A stretch of DNA of 64,000 nt, from assembly GCA_013239625.1 (NCBI GenBank), contig MU053629.1, positions 2,569,567-2,633,566 on the forward strand, written 5' to 3'. Origin of the DNA: Lama guanicoe (Eukaryota). The notes beneath the pieces were generated by a model. It worked only from the letters and a program-made list of their open reading frames with translations. It was not told the DNA's origin and made no database searches. The position numbers were made by a program, and so were the translations under genes. This document shows positions 15,601 through 29,437 of this stretch, piece after piece; the first letter of the stretch is position 1; each line of letters begins with the position of its first letter.

Positions 15601-17691
15601 AGAAAAGGACAGAAGGGAAGGTGTCAGCAGGAGGGTTTCACATTTCCAGGGAAGGCAAACTGCCTGGGGGCCCAAATGACCCCCAACCTTGTTTATATAA
15701 ATATTGTGTTATTGGAACACAGCCAGATCCATCCACTCCTTTCTATAATGTCTGTGGCGGTTCTCCCAACAGCAGAATGAGTCACTGCTGGAGTTTTTAA
15801 CTACCTGGCCCTTTACAGAAAATGTTTATCGACCCTTGCTCTATACTATTATATATATTTCATATATATACTATTATATTTCATTTTAAGACTGTGTGAA
15901 TATATTTTCTAAAAATTTAAATGACAAAAGGGAAATTAATGAAAGGGAAACTATGATGAAACAACAAAACGCAGACTTGCCGAGGCTCCTTGGGAAGGCA
16001 GCAGGGTGGAGGGGATGGACATAGGCTCTGGGGCCTGTCAGACCAGGGTTGGAGTCCTGGCTGTGTCACTCCCAAACCATGTGACCCTGTGGATCACCCG
16101 GGTGGGAGCCTTGGTTTCCTGTGCCGGGGGAAGGAACAACCACCTGCTGAAAGGGTCATAAAAATGAGAGAAAAGACGGACATATAAAGAAGATCAAGCA
16201 TGGGCCTGGTGCATAGCAGGTGCTCAATAAATGGTAGCTGGGTTTTTTCCCCTTTAGAACACTGTAGGCTTATCTGGTAATTGAAGCATGATCTATGCAT
16301 TGTTGCTATGGGAAAATGTGTTTCAAGTTCCAAACACTGGGTATACAGCCCAGTGAACTGGGAAGACTGACCAGGAGAGGCTATAAATCATACCTGGAGT
16401 CTCATGCTTCTCTATTTGATAGTTTGGCCTGGCAGTAAAAGAAGTGGAGGCTCAGGAAAGAAACAGGCTGACGGGAGCACAGACGCCCGCCCTGAGAGCA
16501 GGAGGCAGAGGCAGGGTCAGCACTCGGGCTAGGGCCCTGGACAGCGACTTGGCAGAAGGGTGCCCTTCTGGGAGATGTCACCTTCAGAATAGCCCCTTTC
16601 CAGCCTGGCTTGAGCTCATCATCTTCCCGCACTGGAGCTGAGTAAAGCAAGTTCCTCTTTCCAACCCCACAGGCCCTACTGGCAGAGTGAGGGCCCGTAG
16701 CATAGGCTGCCCTGGGAGAGTGAGAGCTCCTGCCCCACAAAGCACGGGCTGCTGGACGCTGCGCTCGGGAAACCTCGGGCCTGAGGAGCCTCAGTGCAAC
16801 TCCAGGGTTGGCTGACGAGTCCCCTGTTCCTGAGCCCCCCAGGCCACTCAAGCCCCTCTACCTGGCTCTCCCCAGCCCCCTCCTTCCTGGACTGTGCCCT
16901 CTGCACCTCACTTCCCACAAGCCTTTTCTTCTTGCCTTCGAACCTCACCTGCCTGGTGTCTCTCACGTGCCCATCCTGCTCTCAGCTAACGTGAAAAGTT
17001 CTGGAGTCAGGGCCTGGGTTTTAGTCTTGCCACTGCCTCTAACTTTGGACAGATCATTTCCTTCTCTGAGCCTCAGGTTCCTCATGTGCAAAATGAGTGA
17101 GAGCTGAACTAGGTCCTCAAACTCTCCTACAGAGGACCCTGCAGACGGTGCTGAAGGAGCACACAAGAGCCTGATGACTCGTCCCTGGAGGCCCAATGCC
17201 AGCTCCACATTCTTTGCAACCTTGTTCTTTCAATTAAAAAAATTCACGTGAATTTTGCCTTCGACCTCATGATACATTTGTGTTACGGTATGAATGCAAT
17301 AGGTTTTCCCTTAAATCTTCAAGTAAACTTGACTCACTTGGAAGTTAATCATTTTTATCCTGAGGGTATGTGATGCCACCACATACACTGGGTGCATATC
17401 CCAGTGCGTGAGCCACGGGGCACGGGGTGCTTCAAGGGTGCCCCTGGGATAGATGTGCTTTGGGTCTGTGGAATAGTAGTCCTTTCTGATGTGTCCCATG
17501 TAACTGCATTTTAACAGAGGATTCTGCAGATAGTGTCTTAGCCCAAAGGAGTTTTTTTAATGGTGGAAAGGAATTTTAGACATGGCAGTGGGTTGATAGG
17601 GAAGAGAAGAAGTGGAGCATCCTTGCAGTGACTCTCAGTCACTTCATATAGGCAATCTTCCAGTTATTCTAAACTTAAAATAAGACCCATT

Positions 17692-17797
17692 GCGGGGGAG
17701 GGTATGGCTCAAGTGGTAAAGTGCATGCTTAGCATGCCCATGGTCCTGGGTTCATTCTCCAGTACTCCTCCAAAAATAAATAAATGAATAAATGAAT
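17692..17797 (+). mobile_element. tRNA-derived SINE (camelid type) with TSD
   Basis: GGGGAGGGTATGGCTCAAGTGGT...GGTCCTGGGTTCATTCTCC, A-rich tail, TSD aaataagaccca(t/c)t at 17678-17691 and 17798-17811. Confidence 0.85.
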
Positions 17798-17837
17798 AAA
17801 TAAGACCCACTAAATAACCCTCATCAGCAGGCCATCA

Positions 17838-18377
<540 letters not shown>

Positions 18378-18459
18378 CTAGACCACTGTTTCTCAAAACA
18401 TGGTCTATAACACTAGTTCTAAAGCATTTCATCAAGAGTTTTCACCCAAATGGTTAAGC

Positions 18460-20400
18460 AAGAAGTGTCAAATTACACAAACTCTTCCAAAAAAGAAGAG
18501 AAGGGATACTTCCTAACTTCTTTTGATTTCAGCATCACCTTAATACCAGGCCTGACAAGAAAATCAGAGGCTGATATCTCATGAACATAAATGCAAAAAT
18601 TTTGTCAAAAAAATTATGGATAGAAAAATACAACACTGCCAGGCTGAGTTTATTTTAGAAATGAGTGATTGGCTTAACATTCCACAATTAACTAAGGGGA
18701 ATAAAGATAAATATCAATAGAATAAAAATGAGAAAACATGTAATTATCTATCTTCATAGATGCAGAAAAAGCACTTGATAAAATCAATATCCATTCATGA
18801 TTTTTAAGAAACAACAAACAAAATCCTTTTAGCAACTTAAGAATAGAGGGGAATTTCCTTAACCTAACAAAGAATATCTCTAAAACATCCAAAGCAAACA
18901 TTCCACTTAATGGTGAAATACTAAAAGATACCCCCAAGATTGGAAAGGAGACAAAGATGTCCCCCTCATTTCTTCTGTTCAACATTGCACTGGAGGTACT
19001 AGCCTGTGCAAAAAGAGAGGGGGAAAAATAGAAGTGTAAGGACTGGAAAGAAACAAAACCACCATTATTTGTAGATGACATAATTACATGTAGAAAAATC
19101 CTAAAGAATCTATGAATAAAACTCTTAGAATTAGTAGATTGATTTAGCAAGGTCATTAGATACAAGGTCAATACAAAAAAATCAACTGTATGTATATGAA
19201 CAACAAACTATGTAAGTGTTATCTTTAAAAAATTTCATTAGAGATTTTTAAAAGATACCATTTATATTAGCATTAACTATCTAGGACTCAATCTAATACA
19301 AGATGTATAAGACCTCTACCCAGAAAACTATAAAATATTAGATTAAATGGAGGAATATACCACGTTCATGACTTGTAAGACTCAGTGCTGTAAATATGTC
19401 AATTCTCCCTGAATTGATTTGGAGATCCCACATATCAAAATTCAACACATTTGGTGTAAATGGGCAAACTAATTCTAAACTTTAAATGAAATGCAAAGGG
19501 CCGAGGAAGGACAAGGCAATCTTGAGGGAGAAGCAACTTAGTTGGAAGGTTTATACTATTAGATATCAAGAAGCTTACTTTAAAGTTACAGGAGCTAAGA
19601 CAGTGTGGTACTGACATGAGAGCTTACAAAGAGGCCAATGGAACAGAAAAGAAAGTCCAGAAACAGGTCCACACATATATGGATCCTTAATTTATGAAAA
19701 AATTGGCCCCGCAAAACAGTAGGAAAATGAAGGTCTTTTAAATAAATGGTTCTGGATCAACTGGATGACCACCTAGAAGAAAAAAATCTTGATCTCTACC
19801 TCATATCATAACATACAAAAAAATCAGTTCCAAGTAGGCTGTAGATCTAAATGTGAAAGGTAACAAAAAGCTTGAATATAAAATAGGAGAACATATTTAT
19901 AGTCTTAGAAAAGCCAAACATTTCCTAAAAGTTTAAAAAAAAAGACTAACCATAAAGGAAATACTGATAAATTGGGTTTCATTTAAGTTAAGAATGTCCA
20001 TTCATCCATCCAGAACATACCATTAAGAGAGTGAAAAAGTAAATCACAGACTGGGAGAAGACATTTGCAGCACATTTATCTGATAAAGGACTCGTTTCCA
20101 ATATATACAGAGGACTTCCACAAATCAAGAAGAAAAAGACCCAATACAAAAATAGGCAGGAGATTTTAACAGGCACTTCACAAAAGAGGATATCCAAATA
20201 GCCAATCAACATATACGTTGTTTAATCTCGTTAGCCATCAGGGAACTACAAAATAAAACAGTAAGCTATCACTACATGCGTACAAGTGCACACACACACA
20301 GGAAGGGTTAAAATGAAAAAGCCTGACAATATCAAGGGTTGATGAGGATGTGGAATATCTGGAACTCTCATGCACTGTTGGTGAGAAAGTCAACTAGTAT
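18460..20400 (+). mobile_element. Old L1 ORF2 fragment
   Basis: gatgcagaaaaagcacttgataaaatcaatatccattcatga; ttcaacattgcactggaggtactagcc; ttatttgtagatgacat (RT FADD-like region). Confidence 0.85.
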
Positions 20401-23400
20401 CTCAAGCTGGAATCTAAGAATTAAAAATTGACACATGTCTTCTGAGCCTTTTCCCTAAAATCAAGTATTAGTTTAATAATATTCACAACAGCCAGGGATT
20501 TGATTTTTTTAATGTATTTTAAACCACATTAAATATTCTATTTTCTTAATACAGAAAACAAAACTCTTATTCACACAGGATTCAATTTCACGACTACCTA
20601 TGATATACACTTAAATCTAGACTTCTGAGCATACTCTGGCATTTTGCAAATAGTCAGGGCTTACCAAGGAGCCCACACCAGGGAGTACGTCTGGCTCAAT
20701 ACAATGTCACTCCTAGCATTTTGGTGCAAAGCCCTGCTGCTTGGGGTCACTGGGGTCATCCCCATGCCCACGAGTGCATCATGTGAAGAGATACAGTAGA
20801 TAATCTGAGTGCAGAGAGGTCGAGTGAGGCCAGATGGGCAAATCCTTTAATTCCCTCATTTCTGCTGTCTGCCCACTCTTGTCAGTGTCTCACTGTGAGT
20901 AAGACTCAAAAGGCTTCTCCACCCCATGCTGGGAGACAGTCTCCCAGCACCTGGGGAGTGGGTCTTTATGTGTAAGATCAGACAGCTCCCAGTGTGATCA
21001 GTAAGTTATCTGACCCATCAGCCCGTTCCTACAGGGAACCTTTGAGACACAGCGACTTGTAGGGGACACAGGAAAGTGAGAAAGTTGTGGCATTCTCAGA
21101 TTTATTGTTCACATTTTCAGCTATCATTAAAATTTTTAGCTATGGAGAAGGACCACAGTTTTGTTGAGACACAAGTGTGAACTGTCTTTCCAATGGGCAA
21201 GTACAGGGCCACCCTCCTGTTTCCTTACCTCTGACCCAGCACCTGCATCCTAACAGGTATTCTCTACTCAGCTCCCCACTTGCTTCTAGAGTGATTTAAG
21301 AGTTTGAGGATTCTGGAAACACTTCTTAATAGCAGCAAGTGCTACAGTGTAAGCCATGATCTAGTTAGAACATATTCTAAAATGATGGTCACCTCTGTTA
21401 AACCCAAACTGACAGGTTCCGATCACTGATAATATTCTTCAGAAGAAGGGGTGTGTCCTAGTCCTTAAACGGGTTGGGGAAACTTTGGGAAAGATGGGAC
21501 TTGACCTGGATCCTGGAGTATAGGGGAACAGCCTGTGAGTGGGGAAAAGGTGGGGTGGAGAGCATAATTCCAGGGGCAGAACAGCTGGAGCCAGGGAGCA
21601 GGGGCAGAGCAGAGTGAAGGGGAGACAAGTTGCTTGACTCAAGTGGATCCTTTGTGCTGAGTGGCAGTCTGCAGCAAGATTGAAGGGGTAGATTGAAGTG
21701 GAGCAGGGGAGGGTACTGACTTTTAGGCTGAGTGCTGATTCCATTCAGTAGGCAGTGGAGAAAGCACTGAAGGGGTCTGAAGCAGTGGGGTGAGGGTGGG
21801 AAAGTGAGGATACTAGTAAAGCCAGTCTGTGCATGCTTCAGCAAACTGAATAATCCAGGATCTTTGCAACAGCACTCCATAGGTCTGTGGCCATACGGCA
21901 GCACCTGATACTCGGGCAAGGGCTGGGTGGGTGGGGATTATAGTAATTGGTCTACATGGGGTCCAGGCAATGCCATTAGTATTATTTTTTAAAGGTCTCC
22001 ACTATACTCTCAAAATGACTTCATCTTTGCCCATAGCTTCAATAACCTATGTGCCAATGGCTCATACATTAAATTCTCCAGTTCTCTTCTGAGATCAAAC
22101 TCACAAACACAACTGCCTGCAAAGCATCTCCTCCAACATGTCTGAAGGGTGCCTCAAACTCAAGATACCCAAAGTGAACTCTGATGTTAGCCTTCCCCAA
22201 ACTGCTACTCTTCTCCCAGGATTCCTCGTCTCCAGGAATGTCTGAGGTGCACACAAGCTTGGAACTCATCCCCGACACCTTCTCCTTCCCTGCCGCCCAT
22301 CTCAAATCCCTGCCGGGTTTTCTCTCCAAAATCTCTGGAATCCAGCCCTTTCATGCTACCTCCACTGCTACCATGGGGATCCAAGCCCCCAGTATCTCTC
22401 ACTTGGACAGTGTCCTTATATCCTCTCATGCCTTATTATTGTAATTATGTTTGGATGAAAGTGATTATTTCAAAACAGCAAACTGAGTCATCCCCCTGTT
22501 TAAAAGCCTCCAGTGTTCCCAGCTACTCTCAGAATAAAACTAAACTCCTGACAAGGGTTTCCAAAGCCGTGCAGCATCTGGTCCCTACTCCCTCACCCAC
22601 TGTCTTACTCCAGCCATGCAGGCCTTCAATTGCCTTGGTCTCAGCAGAGGGCACTGGCTACGTTCTTGTCTCTTTCCCACTAGTTAATAGCTGTTTATTC
22701 TTAAGTGCTCTGCTGAAACATCATTTCCTCAAAAAAGCTTTTCCTGATCCTCAAACTTGAGTAGGTCCAACCAGCACAGTGGCTTTCAATTCTTTTTTCT
22801 ATTGTGACCCACAGTGTGAAATACATTGGACTTTGTGACCTAGCATATACATACATCAACTGAAAGATAATTTTAAAATTCTTACCCTTACTACATGATA
22901 CATAGATATTTTGTATTATTTCACCTAAAAGCAGTACTGAACACTCAGCTTGGGGGAAAAAAAGGAAGCCTAATTAATCTTATAGAACCATACCTCTCCT
23001 TTAAAGCACTCTCCTTTAAAGGCGTATTTTTAAAAATGATTTTTGGATTAATATCTCCCTCAAAACTTTTATTAGGGAGTATTTGATATTTTGCTCACTG
23101 TTGTAGCCCTTGTAGTTAGCAAATTATCTGAGCCTCAACAGGCACTTAATGAATATTTGAACAATGAAGAATACAAATTTGTGATGAAGCACTTTTTCTT
23201 TGTAGCACTTATCACAATTAAAAATGACTCTATCTGTATAGTCATTAAGCTTCTCTACTCTAACTCCAGGAGGACAGGAATCCTGTCTGTCTCCTCCTTT
23301 TTATGTCTCCAGCACTTAACACTGTACCCGGAAAAGTGGCAAATAAAATCATTTCAAGAACATAGTTCAAATCCTGGTGACTAGATTCTGGCAAGCATGA

Positions 23401-23715
23401 ATTGATGAAGTTGAGAACCACCTGCCTCAAAGACTTCTTTCTTTGCTTCAGAGACTATGAGAAACCCAACTTATTCCAAAAGGCAAATGGAGCCTGCATT
23501 GGAAACAAATCCTGGATGGATAGCCAGGTGTGGTAAGTGAGGAACTACTGACGGGTGCACCCAGAAGTTAACAGTTAATTATACGGGAACAGCTTATTTG
23601 TCGGAAGCAATTAAAAATTGAGTTGGAAATGACTCATGTAATCTCTAGCCCCTAAAAATATCACTAATACTTCACGGCAGTCACATTCCTTCTATACATA
23701 TTATACTTATTATAC

Positions 23716-23780
23716 ATATTATATTATATTATATTATATTATATTATATTATATTATATTATATTATATTATATTATATT
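23716..23780. repeat. (ATATT)13 microsatellite
   Basis: Perfect pentamer run read directly from the sequence. Confidence 0.95.
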
Positions 23781-23819
23781 ATACTTATTTGGATGGAACA
23801 AGACATATTTTGTACTCAC

Positions 23820-24010
23820 CTTGTGATTCCCAGGACAGCGTTCCTGTGGACAAAACCTGTAGATGTGAATTGCCACAACAGATGGTATAATCCCAGCTAA
23901 GCTTCTCGATACACCCTTGCACGAAAGTCACGTGGACATAGGAGCACGAGTGGTTTTAGAGTGATTAAGTCGGTTGGCTGTAGCAAATTCTTTGACGTCA
24001 TAAGCTCAGG
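23820..24010 (-). promoter_or_regulatory. UBAP1L: Candidate UBAP1L promoter and non-coding first exon
   Basis: Consensus donor AAG|GTGAGT at 23820/23819; TAATCC 23888, TAAGCT 23898 and 24001, TGATTA 23962, GTCACGTG 23927, TGACGTCA 23993; the coding exon has an upstream acceptor that needs such an exon. Confidence 0.55.
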
Positions 24011-24599
24011 CAGTCTGGCGGAACACTTAGTATTGAACATAAAACTAATTTCTTTCATTTTCCAGTTTTCCCTGTATTTACTTAATTTCTTGAAAATAAT
24101 GCTTTTGTTAGAGTTTCTCACAAATTCAAAGTCTATTCTACTAAGAGATAAGATGAACAATTTTCTTGCATGTAGGACATGATGAATCAACACATTTTTG
24201 GTTAGTCTTTGAAGGAATTTATTTCTCTATTTTCATTAATTTATGTTCAATACATAGAGAATATAGGCATAGGTCTGGGATAGGAAATGTACAAGATACA
24301 CTAGGAATAGAATACTGGGATTGAGGGGAACTCAGGAGCAGAGTTAAAGAGGCTCCCACTGGCCAAATATGAACCAATCAATTTTTTAAAAAACCAACGA
24401 TAGGTTGAAAGACAAATATATTTAGATCTGAGTTCATAATGACACTTAAAACCAAAATCCACTGGTCGCCTTTGAAGGGTGCTACGGAACCAGCTCATTA
24501 TTTTGAAAACTAGTAAATACTTTTTACCTTTTCTATACAAATTGTACTGTCGGGCAACCAAATAGTTGATGAGGGTATGTTTCTCCTTTCAGTATCCCA

Positions 24600-25480
24600 G
24601 CTAATTAAAGAAACAATGCCACAATTGAACTATCACTGTTTTGCAAACCCACATGAATGAGTCTAGGTCTTGATTATCAATGGCTGCTAAGACCACAAAA
24701 TGAGACAACCAATTAGTTCTCCTGAATGGAATACACACCAGGTCTATGAAGTACTCTTGCCAGAAAAGTCCAATCTTAATGTCTAAAGCGCCAGATCAGT
24801 ACAGTCCAATAGAAGTATGTGAGCCACACGTGTAATTGTACACTCAAGTCAAACTCAATTTCAGTTCAAACTCTCAATTCCAAGTGCCTGATAGCCATAC
24901 ATGGCTACCATATTGGACAGTACAGCTGATGAACCATTAAATTACAGGAAATAATGGAAACAGAGGAACATGCCATCACAAGGATACAATTAGCAAAATC
25001 CAAACTGGGAACTCTCTGGGGAAAGAATGATCTATTTTCTTCAAGTAATAAATTGCAAAGGAGTGAAAGGGTGCAAGAATGCACAGGAGAAAGGAGTGAG
25101 AACTATGGGCTATCAGAAATTTAAGAGACACATCAACTGACAGTGCATAGATTGCATGCACATCTTGATTTGGAACAAAGTGTGAAACACACAGTTATGA
25201 GATAAAATAATTTGAACACTGATTGGATATTTGATGTTACTAAAGGAGTTATTCTTTAAATACAATAATGGCACTGTGGTTAAATTTTTAAAATATCTTA
25301 GAGCTTCATACTGAAACACTTATGAAGTAATATGATGTCTGGGATTTAGCTTCAAAATAATCCAGTATGTTTGGTAGGGGTACAGATGAAACAAGACTGG
25401 CCATGAGTTGACAATTATATAAAGACAGATGATGAAAAAAATTATACTATTCTGAATATGTTTGAAATTTTCCACAATTA
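24600..25480 (+). mobile_element. L1M 3'UTR fragments with a nested MER3/MER33-like piece (~24800-24925)
   Basis: ttgattatcaatggctgctaa; tgatgtctgggatttagcttcaaaataatccag; tttgaaattttccacaatt. Confidence 0.6.
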
Positions 25481-26369
25481 AAATAAAAGATAGTGAGATA
25501 AGATTATAATGATACTGTTCATATTTTCAGAAGTACAATTTGTTGAAGACAGTACTGTTTAAGTCTTTCTTTCTAAATCTATAAAGTTGCCACCACCACT
25601 ACATAGAGCAATAAACCAAAAACTTACAATAACAAAAAATAATGCTCCTTTATTAAAACGCTGCAGAAGCTGAATGAGAGGAAAGAGGGAGTGGTTTTTT
25701 CCACCTGCGGTTAGATACCTTCTTCTCCTCGGGTTCTGCTGCCTGAGTTTTCCTGAGTCCCTGCTGCACACTCCTGACCCCATCAATGCAGGTATGTTAG
25801 TGGCAAGGCTGTCTGGACATCAAACATACATTATACAATTCACGTTTTATTTCTGTTCTTCCTGCATCTCATCAGAGAGCAAATGGTGACGATTTGTAAC
25901 AAAAGGGCACACAGGCCTATGGGGTTTTATGAGGCTTATCACATCAGATTCTAAGGCTTATGAGTTTAGACACACTTGGAGGCATGCTGGACCTCATACC
26001 CTATGTTAACTCTGTAATGCATAATATATAAACTTAACAAGGCAAATGAAACAAACAAAAAAAGGACGAAGGTGTTAGCATCTTGTATCCAAGAACTTCC
26101 AGTTACATGAAATCATTTCCAAAGTTGATGTATCCTTTCCTGTTTATCCAGAGTTGGATTCTGCAAACAAAGTTTGCTGCTTGTCATTCACCTTCCTGTA
26201 GCAAATGCCTAGTTAATAAATTTGAACTCTGCAGTGTAAATGTGTTTCATCAATGTGGAAGAATGTGTAGTGATTTGGGAGGCAACAAACTGGGGGCAAA
26301 GGCTCAAACTAAAAAATAAAAATGACATTTATTTAGCTTTTTGGTAATATAAATAACAATTAATGACAA

Positions 26370-26468
26370 AAAGGAAAACAAAACAAAACAAAAAACTGAC
26401 AAGTTATATGACTGATCAGCTCCAGGCGCAACAGTATTTATTAATGAATATAAAAAATAAATTTTATT
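26370..26468 (-). terminator. PDCD7: Likely PDCD7 polyadenylation site
   Basis: Minus-strand AATAAA at 26463-26468 and 26437-26442, followed by a U/GU-rich element (TTTTTTGTTTTGTTTTG, ~26375-26397). Confidence 0.6.
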
Positions 26469-27360
26469 ATTTTTATCTGCTTTCTCCCAGCTTAAACTAC
26501 ATGTATATTTTTGGAAGCTTGCGTTCTTTAAAAAAATTCCACAACTATACCAGCCCCTACAATGTGACTGAGTGAGATTAATCAAGGTCCCACTCCCATA
26601 GGGAAATTAATTTTTATCCTTGGGGATTCTGAACAACCAGATCTCTAGGAACTTAAAAAGCAGGTGCTTTCATCAGGATCCATCTAACATGGGGAAAATG
26701 CAGCCATCAGCCATTAAAGCACGATCCAGTCTGGGTACAGGTAGTCTTCAGGTTTTCCAGGTTCTCCACATGACTACCAGACGAGGCCACCAGCCATTCC
26801 GGCAGCCCAGCCTGCAGCCTCTCCAGCTACACCAAAAGTGGGATTCACAAACCGAAGACAAAGCATTTCTGACCTCCCTTCCTGGAAGTCACAGGGCTGT
26901 TTGGGCAGGAAGGGTAAGGAGGTCTTGCGTCAAGCCTGCCTTCACAACCAGGACTAGGGAAAGGCCTGCTAAATCTGCCCAGTGCACACCTGTGTCAACT
27001 GCATATGTATATAGAGTGTACTTACCCATCACCACACAAGGAAGATAAGCATAAACTTACAAGTCACTCTGGACCAAGCCCCTCAAAACAGAGGCGAATT
27101 CGGTGAACCAGGGTCACACTGCCTGTCATAATAACCCCAGTTCAACTAGGTCCTTTCCTGAAGAAACTTATTAATCTCCTGATTCAAGAGGCACCTCTGG
27201 CCAGGACAGAGCACAGAAGGAAAATGTAACTTCTGGGTTGGGCAATGCCAAACGGAGTTTAAAGGTTGTGGTTTAGTCTACAGCACAAGAAGATGGCAGC
27301 ATCACTAATATTTAGAGCTGGAAAGAGCCTTGGCTGGACCACACTCCCGGAGCATCTTTA

Positions 27361-27484
27361 CTAATGCAGCTTAATGGCGGTTGCCCAGATGTCGTTGCTG
27401 GGGAGCGGGGGAAGGACCCATCCTTGGGGAACGGAGTTGCCTTTGGGATGATCGGATGGCACCAGGTACTGATCCCAATCATGC
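27361..27484 (-). CDS. PDCD7: PDCD7 exon 5 coding part (HDWDQYLVP...AIKLH*)
   Basis: ttattaag|G acceptor; TAG at 27361-27363. Confidence 0.94.
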
Positions 27485-27706
27485 CTTAATAAGAACATTG
27501 TAAAACAACTATTTATTTTTTGTTTTATTTGAAGCAAGATGTTAGCAACTAAATATTCTATTTCAGGACTTAGCTTTAAAATGACTGATATGAATCCACT
27601 AAAGACCTTGCTTTCTAGGAATTATGCAAAAGACTTTCTTAAATATACATATTAAGAGGAAAAAACTACAAAGAACTTATAATCTTATGGATAACCAAAT
27701 AATATA

Positions 27707-28262
27707 CAGTTGATCCTCATTATTTGCAGCTTCTGTATTTGCAAATTTGCCTATTCACTAAAATTTATTTCTAACCCTAAAATCATTTCTCATGGTGTTT
27801 CCGTGGTCACTTGCTGACATGCACAGAGCAGTGAAAAATCAGTCACCAACCGGCATGTTCCCAACCGAGGCGGAACAAGGTGACACCCACCTTCTGGTTT
27901 TCAGCTGACTGTAAACAAGTGTCTTTTTTGTAGTTTATCTAGTACCATATTAGTCACATTGATGCTTTTTATTGACATTTTGCTGTTTAAAATGGTCTCC
28001 AAGAATAGTGCTGAAGTGCTGGCCAGCATGAGAAGGCTGTGATGTGCCTTACGGAGAATGTGTTACACGAGCGACCTTCAGGCATGAGTTATAGTGCTAT
28101 TGGCCATGAGTTCAATGTTATCTGTTGACTGGCTGACGAATCGTCAGTAGGCTCCCAGGAACCTAAGTCTGCATTTCCTTTAGGAGCATCACTTCAGCAT
28201 TCTCCAATTCAGCGTCTGCAGCTTTATAGAATACAGCTACTGTGAATAATGAGAATCAACTA
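27707..28262. mobile_element. TcMar-Tigger MITE (MER82-like)
   Basis: Terminal inverted repeats CAGTTGATCCTCATTATT and AATAATGAGAATCAACT; TA before the left end. Confidence 0.8.
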
Positions 28263-29082
28263 ACATTTGTATACTAGCCAGAAGTACATTTTTCCCAGAA
28301 CATAGACTTGGTATGCAAAAGAGCACTGTTGGACCTCTGGAAGGAACTTCAGAGATCACTTAGTTCAGTGGTCTTTCAAGCCAGGTTTTAAGACCTCTTA
28401 AGCCCCAAGTAGATGTTCTGGGGAGTCTAGAAACAACAAAGTGCTTCCCTAGTCGGTAACAGACTTAAACTGCCTGCGGAAACCATTCATTCATTCTAAC
28501 TATCGTACAAACTAATCTCTCAAAAGACTGCATTTGGGGAGGGTCCTACTGCTCATGTTTGAAGGCCACATTCTAGTCCACTATTTTCATTTTATAGGTG
28601 AGGAAAATGAAACTCAGCTGAAAACTTTACCAGTAACTCACCAGTTACTGCAGATTAAGATGGGACTGTTCCTAGCTCTCTTGGCTCTGACCCATAGGAA
28701 CTCACAAGTCAGTGTGAGCCTTAAACACCTAAGTATACACAGAGGGTTTCTCTTGCTTGGTTTGTGTAGCAGCAGAAAAGAATCAGGAAAATGAAATCAA
28801 TGCTTTAAGTCAACAGAACCACTGCAGCACGGGATAATACAAAGGGCAAGTCACAACCTGAGTTTCAGTGTCTTCACCTGTTAAAATAGGGACATCTACT
28901 TCTCAAGGATAGATGAGGATTAAATAAGACGTATGTGGCATCCTTGGAACTTGGAAACATTAAATAAACTCACAAGGAACTTAAAAAAAAATGATACAGC
29001 AGTAGACCTCCACAACATAAGCACTTTGTCAACTACTTCTGGCTACCTAAGGGAGAGAAGACATGGAGAATGGCCCTCTGAC

Positions 29083-29170
29083 CTTATCTGGATGAGTGCT
29101 GGCAGCGAGTGCTCAGCCTGGAGGTAATACTGCCGGAAAGGCTGCAAGAGGTGAGCGAGGGGGAACTCAT
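29083..29170 (-). CDS. PDCD7: PDCD7 exon 4 (EFPLAHLLQPFRQYYLQAEHSLPALIQI)
   Basis: ttttccag|AT acceptor, AAG|GTCAGA donor. Confidence 0.94.
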
Positions 29171-29437
29171 CTGGAAAAGAAAAGGCACAATACCATGTCA
29201 TTACACTTCATATATAGAGTGTCTTTCTCAAGGCAAGGGGACAAAGCCTATGATTATACAATAGGATCAAATGTGTTTCATCTTTAATCCTGATTTCCAG
29301 GATACAGTTTAGAATTTCAAATCCTAAGGGTAACATTTGTCACCTACCACCTCTTAGCTTAAGTGACAGTCATCCATGAGGAAAAGAGCTGTCAGTCTAG
29401 TGTCTTCCTTTTCTCCACTGGTTACAGAGGAACTTAC

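Noticed and set aside
26085..26138. GTATCC / GTATCCTTT pair resembling the U11-binding USSE feedback element known from SNRNP48 and RNPC3
   Set aside because: On the plus strand (antisense to PDCD7), widely spaced and beyond the likely poly(A) site
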